A stretch of 64,000 bases of DNA. Source: Octopus vulgaris (lineage: Eukaryota). Both the position numbers and the translations under genes were made by a program. Below, piece after piece: positions 36,555 to 49,167 of this stretch. Position 1 is the first letter of the stretch. The number at the start of each line of letters is the position of its first letter. The notes beneath the pieces were generated by a model that saw only the letters and a program-made list of their open reading frames with translations, did no database searches and was not told where the DNA came from. Location of the stretch: contig OX597820.1 of NCBI GenBank assembly GCA_951406725.2, positions 23,746,001-23,810,000 on the forward strand, in the 5' to 3' direction.

Positions 36555-36870
36555 ACTGATCGTGGGATTGCACCTAGAAAGTTACCCTCCGAGGCACATG
36601 TCTGGGCAAGGTTATTTATGGAAGACCAGCAGCTGCCCATGCATACCAGCCTCCCCTCTCCACGCCACCGATGTTATCCAAGGGAAAGGCAAGGGCTGAT
36701 ACAGCCTGGTACCTGTGACGTCGCAACTCATTTCTACAGCTGAGTGAACTGGAGCAACGTGAAATAAAGTGTCTTGCTCAAGAACACAGCACGCAGCTCG
36801 GTCCGGGATTCGAACTCACAACCTCGCGATCGTAAGCTCGACGCTCTAACCACTGAACCATGCGCCTTCA
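36555..36870 (-). mobile_element. tRNA-derived SINE (family D)
   Basis: Minus-strand head gaaggcgcatggttcagtggttagagcg ... gagttcgaatccc carries good A and B boxes. Confidence 0.85.
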
Positions 36871-36908
36871 CAAATTATATATTATATACTATATATATGT
36901 ATTTATGT

Positions 36909-37341
36909 GGAGGCGCAATGGCCCAGTGGTTAGGGCAGCGGACTCGCGGTTTCGATTCCCAGACCGGGTGTTGTGAGTGTTTATTGAGCGAAAACACCTA
37001 AAGCTCCACGAGGCTCCGGCAGGTGATGGTGGTGATCCCTGCTGTACTCTTTCACCACAACTTTCTCTCATTCTTACTTCCTGTTTCTGTTGTACCTGTA
37101 TTTCAAAGGGCCGGCCTTGTCACTCTCTGTGTCACGCTGAATATCCCCGAGAACTACGTTAAGGGTACACGTGTCTGTTGTACCTGTATTTCAAAGAGCC
37201 GGCCTTGTCACTCTCTGTGTCACGCTGAATATCCCCGAGAACTACGTTAAGGGTACACGTGTCTGTTAATTTCACGAGCAGGCTGTTCCGTTGATTCGGA
37301 TCAACCGGAACCCTCGTTGTCGTAACCGACGGAGTGCTTCC
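36909..37341 (+). mobile_element. tRNA-derived SINE (family E) with an internal 88-bp tandem duplication
   Basis: ggaggcgcaatggcccagtggttagg ... gtttcgattccc; unit repeated at 37086 and 37174. Confidence 0.8.
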
Positions 37342-39806
37342 AAAAAAAAGTATATTTATAAATATAAATTGAATAGTTTATTACTATATGTATATACGTG
37401 TACAATCAATTTAATATATTAGTTTGTTACTATCAGTTATAGTTTATAAATCTGAAAAGAAACACACTCTAAAAATTAGAGCAGTAATACTTGAAAGGTT
37501 GTTGGTTACGGCCAGTTAATGAGTGACCATATGCCGTGTACTTTGCTCTTGTCGATGGCGAATTTTGTGCCTTGCCATAATTCATAGGATTACAGCAGAA
37601 ATGCCTTCATGCTTGTGTTAAAGATCATAAGTTTTGTGTTTATTGATAAGGTCTCTGATCTCCAGATGAGTCTAAGCATTCTAAAGATAGGTGTAGCTTC
37701 CTCAATCATTGTTTTTATGTTCTGACCGCTCTTCCCAGGTATTCGAATCGACTGACATCCTCATTTGGTTGTGGTTGCATTCACACAAATGCTTTTGTTT
37801 TTGCTTAACTGTAAGTGGGGCATGGGACAAAAAGATTGAGAAACGCTGTTCTAAATCATTAGATGAAATCAGCTATTACACTCACTGACATTTGATAGTG
37901 TTTCTTGAAGTTCGGTTGTATCATCCACACCTCAGCGAGTTTCTTTTACGTAGATACAAACCAATGCAGGTTATAAAATTTCAACACTTCACTCAACAGT
38001 TACCGTCTCACATTCAGATATAATCTAAATACCTCACACCCGACATGCCCTACATTTGTGAGGAATGACCTTGAAAACAGTATCCAATAAGAACAGGAAA
38101 ATTCTACTGACAGTCACTATACATTAGCTAACCTAGCTAGTTTGTGCTACCGGGGGCAGCCCTTCAGTTTGCCGCCCCTGGGCCTCCACAAAAATGCATA
38201 TTGCCTACACACACACACACACACATATGTAGCGGATCTTGCATGCCTGAAGTGGATTCGATCCACCATAGCCAAATTTATATTAACACTGCTACAGAAC
38301 TTTTCCCACGGTGGAGCAATGGTTTTTCTCTGACAGCAGTTTTTACATTTTCCAGATGCCTTTAGCTAGGCCGAAATAATGTCTTTACCTCTTGACCCTT
38401 TCTAACCTCTTCTACTTCACCAAATACTAGAATAGATAACAAGACCACCAACTAAATCTATCTATCTTGGATTTTGATATAAGCAAGCACATCCCAAGCA
38501 AAAATTAGTTCGTCGCCATCCATTAGTTAGACGAGTCAACCAAGTTCGTCACAGTCGTGACGACTTAACGAAGTCTGGCTGACCACAACATTTCATGATA
38601 TTCTTTACAAAATAATTTCTTGCCGTTATATATATATATCAGAGGAGACTCCAGGTCATTAGCGTCACTCGGGTTCATCACAGATTTCGCATAAGACACA
38701 TGTTTAGCGAGGGGCGTCGCTAATGAAGATGTCAATACTTTAATGACTGGACTGAGTCATTAATCCAATGGCTGTGAAATACCTCTGGGACAGTAAATAA
38801 CAACACTTGTGTCCGTGCGTGAACAACTTCGTATCCAAAGTTTTATTCAGATGCGTAACAAACGAATTCATACTGTGAGTACACAATGTTCAATAAAGTT
38901 ATCTGGGATTGAAGTAAAAGGTTCTGAACATCTTGCCATGTTCCACGATAACAGTGAGAAAATAGGAGGAATTCAAACTACAAAAATTACTTTCAGACAG
39001 CACTAGGCGTAGAATACCATAGCGAGTTGCTGGTAGGAAAGAATATCGAATCCGTGTGCTTGACTCTCTCTCCGATTTTGACCTAGTCGCGTCTTAGAGA
39101 AAAAGGGAAATTCAATTGGAATTCGCTCTTTAGTAGGCGATGTTGCTTCTAATGCCCTCCTGTGTGTGGTTTAGCAGTTACGCCTTGTATGCTAGCAATA
39201 GGACAATTCTATATTATTTAAGTCCCAACCGAAGCAAGGCTCGATAACCTCACTACCTCCTCCTAGTAAAAAAAAAAAAAATTGTGGAGAGGTCTCTAAT
39301 AAACTAGCAAAGGGGGAGCTAATCAATGTTTGTTTGGAATGTTTCACAGGGAAGATAACTGTAGTTGATACCCAAGAAATATTTTGCGGGCTCCGAACTT
39401 GTTTCAGATAGCGTTGCCTACATTACCTTCCCTCAGAACGAAAGGAATGAAAAGGCAGAGTCGGCAAAGAGTCAAGCTGTAGGCAATGAAACAGGTGATT
39501 GTCCGTGTTACACAAGGAGGAGTAAGGAAACAAAGAGCGTGGAAAAGGGATAAATCATGGAAACGGCAATATGTAAGCAATGCATGCAAATACAAGATTA
39601 TGCGAATAAAGGAATAGAAACGTAAAAAACAAACGCATGTAACAAATGAAATAAATGTAATAAGATGTGCAAAGAGAAAATGCAGCAAAACAGTTTGTTA
39701 AACTGTACAGTTTGTTCAAAACAGGTTGAGTATCAACAGACACAGTTTATGTTAATACGAAAAGGTGATTAAATATAGATAGTTTTGGACAGTTTATGTG
39801 GCTGAG

Positions 39807-42160
39807 TTACCGTTCTGCCACTTCGTGCAACATAAGGTGGAGTTGAATGTGATGCTTGCGAATGTTGTTTGGAAGCAGGTAAGGATGTTTGAGATTGAAA
39901 GTGAAGTTATTGGTGGTGGAGTTGAGTGTGACAGGTGTGTCAGGTAATGGAATGAGATTTTCAGAGAAAGCCTTCTTTACTCTATCAATAGATATAATCT
40001 CTTTCCGACCGTTAATGCCCACGGTGAAAAGCTTTGGTGTGTGTGAAGCACACGGAAAGGGCCTGAGTAGGGCGGTGTAAAGGGGTCCTTTCACGGCACC
40101 ATTCTGCAAATAAAAAAAAAAAAATAATAATGTGTCCATGTAGAAATATCCACTGGAACAGCAGAAGAAATAGACTGGTCACGAGGTGCCATGGGTGGCA
40201 GATCCGAGAAGTAAGAACGAAGTCTGGTAATGTACGACGCAGGATCCGGATGCGATGAGCCGATTGGTGCCAAAGTGGTACCATACAAGTGTTCGGCTGG
40301 TACCATACAAGTGTTCGGCTGAGGAGTAGCCCAAATCCGCCTTAATAAAGGACCGGCAACCTAAGAGAACGATAGGAAGAAATTCGATCCATCGTTGTGG
40401 ATTTGGAGTAGCGCGAAGTGCAGCCTTTAACTGCCTATGCAATCTTTCCACCATTTTATTCGAGGCTTATTGGTAACTAGTCGTATGGATGCGTTGTACA
40501 CCCAGTAGCCGTGAGAATTCACGGAAAAGGGGAGCTTCGAATTGGCGTCCACGGTCAGAGGTAATCCTGGAGGAGGCGCCAAAGCGAGTAATCCAACCTG
40601 AGATGAGAGCTCGAGCCACAGACTCAGTAGTAATATCTACCAGTGGTATGGCTTCTGGCCATCGGGAGAACCGATCAATACAGGTCAAAATGTACGTGAA
40701 ACCGGAACTGACGGGCCAAGGACCAACGAGATCAATATGAATGTGTCGGAAACGAGTGTCCAGCGGACTGAATGTCCCAATGGAGCACGAACGTACTTAT
40801 GCATCTTGAAACCCTAACATTGCATACAAGAACGCACCCAAGCAGTGATTGTACGACGCATATTAGGCCAGCAGAATCGGGCCGTTATAAGCTTCACCGT
40901 GACAGCAATGCCTGGGTGTTACAACGAATGCAGAGCGTCGAAGATGGTGCGGCGATGACGATCAGGAATGAGCGGTCTGGATGAACCAGTGGAAATATCG
41001 CACAGGATGTTCCCCTCAGCGGACGGAAGTGGTAGGTACTCAAACTTGCAGCAGGAAAACTGAGCAGAAGAAATATCGAGCGAATCCAAGGAAGGCTGAT
41101 CTGAAACAATGACGACCAGATCAATCGTAGCAGGAGACGGAAGGGAACACAGAGGAAGCATAGACAAAGCATCACCAGGTATATTGGCAGATCCAGCAAT
41201 ATGGCGTATGTCACTGGTGAACTGAGAAATGAGCTCCAAGTGTCTGTATGCCCTCGGTTTAGTAACTCTCCGACCTGGATTGTAGGGCGAACGTGAGCGG
41301 TTTATGGTCCATGAATATCGTGAACTTTCAACCTTCAAGAAAGTGGTGGAAGTGCCTCACAGCAAGATAAACAGCTAACAGCTCTCTATCGAAAGTGCTT
41401 TACCGTTGTTCGACTGGTTTCAGCTGGCGTGAGAAAAATGCTATAGGATGAACGAGCAAGGAAACTTGAGCAAGATCAGATCTGATGGGTTCAAAAGCCT
41501 GCAAGAAAGAGAAATAGGAGAATCTTTCTTTCTCTTGTCCTTCAAAAGTTGAGTTAAGAGAAACAACTTATCCTCACAGGTAGGAATGAAGCGATGATAG
41601 AAATTGATCAACCCTAGGAAATGGCGTAACTGTTTCAATGAGGTGGTGAGGGGTGAAAGTCACTGAATCGTTTCCACCTTTGTACGACATTGTACGCCTG
41701 GAGGTGCTGGAACAACTGAGATAGGTATTGATGATGATGTTCAACTGTATCACTGGCTATGAGGAGGTCGTCCACATAAGCAAAAACGAAATCCATCCCA
41801 CGAACGACTTCATCAATAAACCACTGGAAAGTACTGGCGGCATTGCGCAGTCCAAATGGCATGGATAAAAACTCGAACGAGCTAAATGGAGTGGTCACGG
41901 CTGTTTTCGGGATGTCTGCCGGGTTCACTGGTATTTGGTGGTATGCATGAACCAGGTCAATCTTGGAAAAAACCGTGCATCCATGTAAAGCAGATGAAAA
42001 ATCCTAAAGATGTAGTAAAGAATATCTGTCAGGGGTAGTGACGGCATTGAGGCGTCTGAAATCACCAACCGGTCGAAAGTTTGCAGTACCTTTTGTTGCC
42101 ATGTATAAAGGAGGCGCCCATGGGCTCGTTGATGGCCGAATCTTGTCGTGCAGCTCCTTC
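39807..42160 (-). mobile_element. pol: Degenerate Ty3/Gypsy pol fragment (RT, RNase H, integrase)
   Basis: Frameshifted ORFs with [77 protein letters not shown] and MVERLHRQLK; RT-RH-IN order is Gypsy-type. Confidence 0.93.
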
Positions 42161-44092
42161 TTGTTGTCTAAGTCGTTCAAAATTCTTTTCTCGATGGAAA
42201 TACGAGTCAGTGAAGACAGCCGTTCTTGGGCCATTGTGCTTCTTAGATATTATATAAATATATATACATATACATATATGTGTGTGTCTGTGTGTGCGTG
42301 TTCGCACCATCTGGGTTCCCTCTTGAACTCAAAAGGTGAAATTTTTAGGTGCTGCCCTTATGACAAAAAATCGTTTTGGAAGCATATGTGCGTGCGCGCC
42401 ATTGTTCTCACCACTGCTTGATAACCGGTGCTGGTTTGTTTGCATCCCCGTAATTTAGTGATTCGTCGAAAGAGACCGATAAAATAAGTACAGGGTTTAT
42501 AAAACGAGTACTGGAATCGATCTTTTTGACCACACCCTTCAAGGCGGTGCACCAGCATGCCCGCAGTTCAACAACAGAAAAAGTAACTGATAAAAGATAT
42601 GTATATAGACACACGCACACACGCATGCACTCATACAACCCTCCACTTATATAAATATGTGTGTGTGTAATAGGAAAGGCTCCAGAGATTCTGGTATCGG
42701 TCTGCGCTGGCAAGACGTATATAGTGAAGTCAACATAAAGATTACAATGCATGTGCCGTGAGGAGTTGAAAATCCAACGTTTCGGATAGAGTCTTTCCTC
42801 ATGGAAAAGTTGAAAAGGGAGAAATTAATGTGTGTGCACGCGCGGCTGTGTGTGTATGTGCATGTGTGCACGCGTACGTGCGTATGTGTGATTGTGTGTG
42901 TGTGTGTACGGTGTTAAACCCGTCTATATATATATATGTACATACATTCACGAACAGGTGAATGCCCGCACGCACATGTAGTATGTATAACATCGACTAA
43001 TGTAACTACAAATTGTTTCATGTAATAATTATGTAATAAAATAATATTGTTCTTCAGGCAAACAAGCCATCTTTGCTGGGGAAGTAAGCGGAAGCTATAG
43101 AAACAGTCAGGTGTATTAAGGGTTCTTCAGGGATATGTGTAAGGGAAATAAGTCATGTGATCACTTGGGAGATTTATCTCTCTTCCTGTGTTACATTGGT
43201 TGCTAGGTGCACCCCCCCACACACACAGTCACATAGACATATTCTTCTCATCTCTCGTGTCATTATACTTCGGGACTCCAGAGTGCACTGTACTATTACA
43301 CCAACACCGCTGGCTCATGTATCATTCTCCATTCTGAACTGCTGCAGTGATTAGTTACCATATCTACCTCTAAGCCTTATATACACATCAACGCAACAAA
43401 TATTTCTTTTATCTCTTTCTCTGCTCAAAACAGCCTTTTTGCAAATGTCACTCTCTCTGAACTAGTTGGAGCGCCTGTCTATGACCTAATAAAATCATAG
43501 CAAATCACTAAACGCACAATAATCTCCAGCTCAAATCCTTCACCAATTTTATGTTAACTACTTCTGGTAGCTAATGCGCTTCATACCTAACCCATTTGCG
43601 GCGGATATATTAATGACAAAATGTATATTTTTAGGCATGACATTTCGTTCACATTCCTCCCATAACCCAAAGCTGAAACCTGAAAACCTTTAAGTAGTTT
43701 GTATTTGAGGTGCAATTGTGCAAGCTAAGAATGCTGTCTTGTCTTCATCTCCTGGAAGTAGTTGCTTACCACCACTAACTAGAATGCTTATATTCACCAT
43801 TGCAACGCTCGTAAGACTACCATCGAAGAAGCAAAACATGTCTTTGTATCTGGTGTAGCCAACAAGCTCTGTCGTTTCCTAAACTGCGGCAGCCTAAGCT
43901 TTCTTTTATTTACACGTGGCTTCCTCTGCCTCGCCAGTCTCCAACTAAGATGACTCTGTTAGAATCACAGTCACTGCAAATGTCTCCACACTAGCTATAT
44001 GTATTTCTTCCAATTTGGGCTGATATTATAAACCAAACCTTTTCCCTCAAATATGTAGCCTTCTGCCTATGTTAGAAAGAATTATCAAGCCA

Positions 44093-44490
44093 AGGGCAGT
44101 GAATTGGCAGAATCGGTAGAGAGCCGGACAAATGATTAGTGGTATTTCGTCTGCCGCTACGTTCTGAGTTCAAATTCCGCCGAGGTCAACTTTGCCTTTC
44201 ATCCTTTCGGGGTCGATTAAATAAGTACCAGTTACGCACTGGGGTCGATATAATCGACTTAATCCGTTTGTCTGTCCTTGTTTGTCCTCTCTGTGTTTAG
44301 CCCCTTGTGGGTAGTAAAGAAATAGGTAATGGTTCTTGCACTTTACGCTTTACTCTGTTTAAACCTCATCGAAGTCAACCGCCTTTCATCCACCCGTGAT
44401 CAAAAATATAAATATTAGTCAAGTGCTGGGGTCGATATAAGAGACTAATCCCACCCCTAAATTTCTGGCCTTGTACCTATGTTAGAAACA
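44093..44490 (+). mobile_element. Young SINE-B body (about 44140-44324) embedded in an older related SINE
   Basis: Diverged head, near-consensus body from ggtatttcgtc to aaagaaata, then the diverged body resumes at ggtaatgg. Confidence 0.75.
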
Positions 44491-44866
44491 AGAAAAGTAC
44501 GTAAAAGAAACGTTAGCACGTCAGACAAAGCGTACACAAACATCTCATACTGAATCCAAATCGTAGGATATCTGATTTGCGAAGACTTATTTAAACAATA
44601 CACTACAACCTCCTGTTTGCAGATGTGCGGTCTCTTATTTCTGCATATAATATAACGGCATCTCCTCCTCTCAAGCTGCTAGAAGTGTACTACTTTCACC
44701 CAACACTTTTGTTACTTTTGCAATGCCTCGCCACCTAGTTGCTGCATTAACTATTTTGTCTAATCTTTCATTATTTCCCCGAATGCCACTCACTGGAATT
44801 TCCTCCCTACCTCTGTATTTATGCAGACACCAATCTCACAGTCCCGTTTACTGACCAAACTGTATA

Positions 44867-45258
44867 TCTCTCTCTATATAAAGCTGAAGTTGTCTGTGTA
44901 TGGCAGGTTTGGTAGCCTTCAACTAACACTATCTCCTCCGAGACCCTGCGGCGCTAAGTGACAAAAATTGAGAGTATGATAGAAGAAGGCTTGCTCTTCC
45001 TTCCGTAGAAGAAAAAATTCAAATCGGACCATGTTAACAGCAAAAATTATTTACATCAAGAAGGTGCTTTTTTTCTATGAAAATCCCCATTTTTTACGAT
45101 TTTTTGACTGCTGTGTTGCCATTTTTCGGTGTATTTCAACCAGAAAAATGTTCACTTAAAGAGACTAACAAGCCATATAGTGCAAAATTTGTACTTCTCA
45201 AAAATTCCAATTCTAAAGGGTCGAAACAAACCCGATCAACGTCGGGCGATACTGCTTG
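44867..45258 (+). mobile_element. Non-autonomous Helitron
   Basis: a|tctctctctatataaag ... cccgatcaacgtcggg hairpin, then cgatactgcttg|t. Confidence 0.8.
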
Positions 45259-46433
45259 TATATATATATAAAAAAAAAAGGATTAGTCATGAAAGCGCTT
45301 TTATCGTACATCTGCGATGTACTCACAATATCACTGTATCTACACAGCATCCCAGCCACTGACACAATCTGTTCCATCAACTGACAGCAAAATTAAGGAC
45401 CAAGGAAGATAACTCTAATGAAATTTTGCTGAAACCATCGTCAGCCATTTTACGATGTTTTTGTACGTAATATACTGGTAATATGTTAGGGTTGTCAATA
45501 TCATTACTTTAAAAACGGCTGAAGGCACAATAAGACGGTAAGCAGATCTTTGTAAACATATCTGCTGGTTGTTTTGTTTTTAGTTCAGTTTAAGTCTTAA
45601 GGAGATCCAGCTACAAAGAGACTTTAATGCAGTCTATAAACATATAACTTGCTCGTGGAGTAACCATTAACTGTTGATGTCATTATTCGATATTTTTAGC
45701 TTCTGTGAATAATATATTTTTCGTATATCTAGCTAATCTATATTTTCCTGGTTGAGTGGCCAAGGCCCACTCTACTACAAGACGTTAAAACCTCTGTCCC
45801 TGGCGTGCGATGTCACTTCCTTTTCCTTACTCTTGACATATCAACAACACCACGCATTATAATGCCTCTTCTGAATTCTTTTCATGACGAAGTTGGATCC
45901 TCATTCCTGACAATCGTTTTATTGTAGTTTAGATGTACTATTAACGTGTATTAAAATAATTTACATTATCATAGCGGAGTAAAATCTTTAGAGTCATCTT
46001 TCAAGTTTTTGTTTTTTTACTTCTGATTCAGCTAAAACCTCTGTGCGTTTTCATATATGTAAAAGGAGAAAATTAAAAGGAATATAAGGACTGCTCATGT
46101 TAGTTTGTTAATTGGAGAGAGAGAGAGAGAATTGGTTGGAAGGTTCTGAGGTTCATCACACAAACAGTTCTTTCATTACTTTAAATTAATACGTTTTAGA
46201 ACATATGGAAATCTATATTCAAATCGTTCTGGTACTTGGGCTCTCCTCTCACCAGTATTCAAGCCATATATTTTGATGTTTAGTGCCCATATGCTGTCCA
46301 TATGTATATTAGAAAGAAATGGCAGCAGAAATAGTATAGTGACAGGCTAAATGGTTTGTGGCATCTCACTCTATTCTTGCATTCTGAGTTAAAACTCTCC
46401 TAAAGCTGACTTAGTTTTTCAAATCTTCAGCAT

Positions 46434-47000
46434 AGGCGTAGGAGTGGCTGTGTGGTAAGTAGCTTGCTTATGAACCACATGGTTCTGGGTTCAGTCCCAC
46501 TACGTGGCACCTTGGGCAAGTATCTTCTACTATAGCCTCGGGCTGATCAAAGCCTTGTGAGTGGATTTGGTAGACAGAAACTGAAAGAAGCCCATATGTA
46601 TATATATATATATACTAGCAGTATCGCCCGGCGTTGCTCAGGTTTGTAAGGGAAATAACTATAAAGCATCTTTAGAGAGTTATAGCCAAAAAATAGCAAA
46701 AAAATGGAAAAAAAATGATGGTAAATTTTTTTTTGAGAGTAAAAAAAGGTTGAGTTGCGTCCCCTAGACAGTCTGTGGTTTGTTTTTTTTTATTCTCGAC
46801 CCCATGTCGAATTTATCGATTTTTTTCAGAACTGGGGGAACTTTTCAAAATTTTCGCTGCGTTAGTTTTGAATTATGACATTGGGCTATGCGTGTGTCAA
46901 GTTTCATCAGAATCGGTTGAAAGCCGTGGTCAGGGTGAGGGTGCACGAGAAAACAGACACACAGAAACACGCACAGACAAACTGCCGTTTATATATAGAG

Positions 47001-47032
<32 letters not shown>

Positions 47033-47245
47033 GTGTATGTATATGTTTGTGTGTCTGTGTTTGTCCCCCCAACATCGCTTGACAACTGATGCTGGTGTGT
47101 TTATGTCCCCGTTCGGCAAAAAAGACCTATAGAATAAGTACTAAGCTTACAAAGAATAAGTCCTGGGATAGATTTGCTCGACTAAAGGCGTTGCTCCGGC
47201 ATGGCCACAATCAAATAACTGAAACAATTAAAAGAGTAAAAGAGA
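46434..47245 (+). mobile_element. SINE-A carrying a Helitron
   Basis: Head at 46434, tail aagagtaaaagag near 47245. Confidence 0.85.
46615..47001 (-). mobile_element. Non-autonomous Helitron nested in the (TA)n tract of a SINE-A copy
   Basis: Same 3' end as 20146 (ctagcagtatcgcccggcgttgctc); the other end is tttatatatagaga|t; flanked by the SINE 5' and 3' halves. Confidence 0.85.
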
Positions 47246-47756
47246 GCATTGAGAAAATATTTACTTTCTTAGTGTCAGTTCATCTGGTATACCTCCTTTC
47301 TGAATAATTTAAGGTTTTGTACCAAATTTAGAAATCATTGTCAGCATTTTTATTTTCATTATAAATGTTATTTGCCTAGATGAAAATCATAATTCCTTTT
47401 TATACAACACACCCTTCCAAAATAAATTTCCTGTAAACATTCCAATGTCTTCATTGTTGCTGATTCTTCCACAATGATTTCCTCTCAACACCATCTCTGC
47501 TACATATCCATACCATTGCATCTTTTCTTTGTAGATATCATATATGTTGTGCTTATCATGTAGATATCATATATGTAGATATCATATATGTTGTGCTTTG
47601 TGTTTTTATATTTAATATATTTGGTTAATTTGTTTCTAATAAGCGCAGCATTAACATTTCATTGTTTCTTATATTATGTATGGTTTTTATCATTTCCGGA
47701 AATGTTTTACCAATGATACATCAAGGAATAATATGAAGAATGTGGAAATCAGAAAA

Positions 47757-47795
47757 ATGACATTTTCAGGAAGATGTGTAAGATTAGTGATATAG
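47757..47795 (+). promoter_or_regulatory. 12-codon upstream ORF (MTFSGRCVRLVI*) in gene 3 leader
   Basis: ATG 47757 to TAG 47793-47795, followed by ccttgaag. Confidence 0.5.
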
Positions 47796-48222
47796 CCTTG
47801 AAGAAATTTCATTTGCTGACTGAAAGTAATTCTTAGATTGTTTTGTATTGTGGATAAACTTGATATATTTACAAAAGAAACTTTGAACAGACTATTATTA
47901 TAATTGGAACATATAGCACAGATTTTGGTGGCTCATTTCTGACTACAGAAATAAAGAATGTGCAATGAATCCCATCTAATGAACTTTGGAAGTATTTCTT
48001 TATAGCTGAGAAATATTTACAAATATTTTCAAGTTTTTGATGTTTACTGTCAGAGATAATAGAGTGTTGAGTTGGCAGCAAGTTTTGAACTCTTGACTTG
48101 GTGGAGGACAACAGCCAAGTGTGGTAACCATAACAACACGGTGTTTCATAGATGGATGCATCATCATTAAAGGATTTAAAGAAAAGAATTATTCTTGAAT
48201 TTATTAAACACTAATTGATATT

Positions 48223-48948
48223 ATGGAAGAGAATGTGTGGTGTGAGAGTCAGGTTAATGGAGAAACACAACCTGATATTAAAGATTTATCTCACATGGCA
48301 CAAGTACAGACAAACAAGAAATCGTATACGTGTGGTATCTGCTTTAAAGCATTCTCTCAGAATGGCCTTTTGACAAGTCACAAGCGTATTCATAAAGGTG
48401 AGAGACCCTATCACTGTGATGTATGTGGTAAAACATTTTTTGAAAGTTCAACATTAACTCGTCATATATGTACTCACACAGGTGAGAAACCATATCATTG
48501 TGATATCTGTGGTAAATCATTCTCTCGAAAAGAACATTTGTCTATTCATAAACGTAGTCATACAGGTGAGAAACCATATCATTGTGATATCTGTGGTAAA
48601 TCATTCTCTCGAAAAGAACATTTGTCTATTCATAAACGCATTCATACAGGTGAGAAACCATATCATTGTGATATCTGTGGTAAATCATTCTCTCGAAAAG
48701 AACATTTGATTATTCATAAACGTAGTCATACAGGTGAGAAACCATATCATTGTGATATCTGTGGTAAAACTTTCTCACAATGTAATAAATTAACGAGCCA
48801 TAGAAGTATTCATACAGGTGAGAAACCATACTGCTGTGATTACTGTAGTAAAACATTCTCTCGGAAAGAACATTTGACTCTTCACATACGTATTCACACA
48901 GGTGAGAAACCATATCACTGCGATGTTTGTGGTAAAACCTTCTCTTGA
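48223..48948 (+). CDS. C2H2 zinc-finger gene 3, 241 aa with 7 complete fingers up to a premature TGA (truncated gene or young pseudogene)
   Basis: Paralogous N-terminus (MEENVWCESQV...KKSYTC) and C2H2 repeats; the stop falls inside finger 8. Confidence 0.85.
   Translation: MEENVWCESQVNGETQPDIKDLSHMAQVQTNKKSYTCGICFKAFSQNGLLTSHKRIHKGERPYHCDVCGKTFFESSTLTRHICTHTGEKPYHCDICGKSFSRKEHLSIHKRSHTGEKPYHCDICGKSFSRKEHLSIHKRIHTGEKPYHCDICGKSFSRKEHLIIHKRSHTGEKPYHCDICGKTFSQCNKLTSHRSIHTGEKPYCCDYCSKTFSRKEHLTLHIRIHTGEKPYHCDVCGKTFS
48481..48732 (+). repeat. Three near-identical 84-bp finger units in gene 3
   Basis: ggtgagaaaccatatcattgtgatatctgtggtaaatcattctctcgaaaagaacatttg at 48481, 48565 and 48649, with only a few substitutions. 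Confidence 0.95.

Positions 48949-49167
<219 letters not shown>

Noticed and set aside
36790-36965. Possible tRNA genes
   Set aside because: A/B boxes run on into SINE bodies, and no complete cloverleaf acceptor stem is evident.
38440-39806. LTR of the Gypsy fragment
   Set aside because: No second copy, clear TG..CA boundaries or polypurine tract could be identified by eye.
42990-43045. Possible hammerhead ribozyme on the minus strand (CUGAAGA...GAAAC...GUC); also CUGAUGA at about 16423
   Set aside because: Stems I and II do not pair in the first; the second lacks GAAA after its hairpin. The SINE-B trimer also has no hammerhead core, so it is not called a retrozyme.
48481-48732. Regularly spaced repeats as a CRISPR-like array
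   Set aside because: In-frame zinc-finger units with no unique spacers, in eukaryotic context.
48946-48948. TGA as selenocysteine
   Set aside because: It replaces Arg (CGA), not a Cys ligand, and no SECIS is recognisable downstream.
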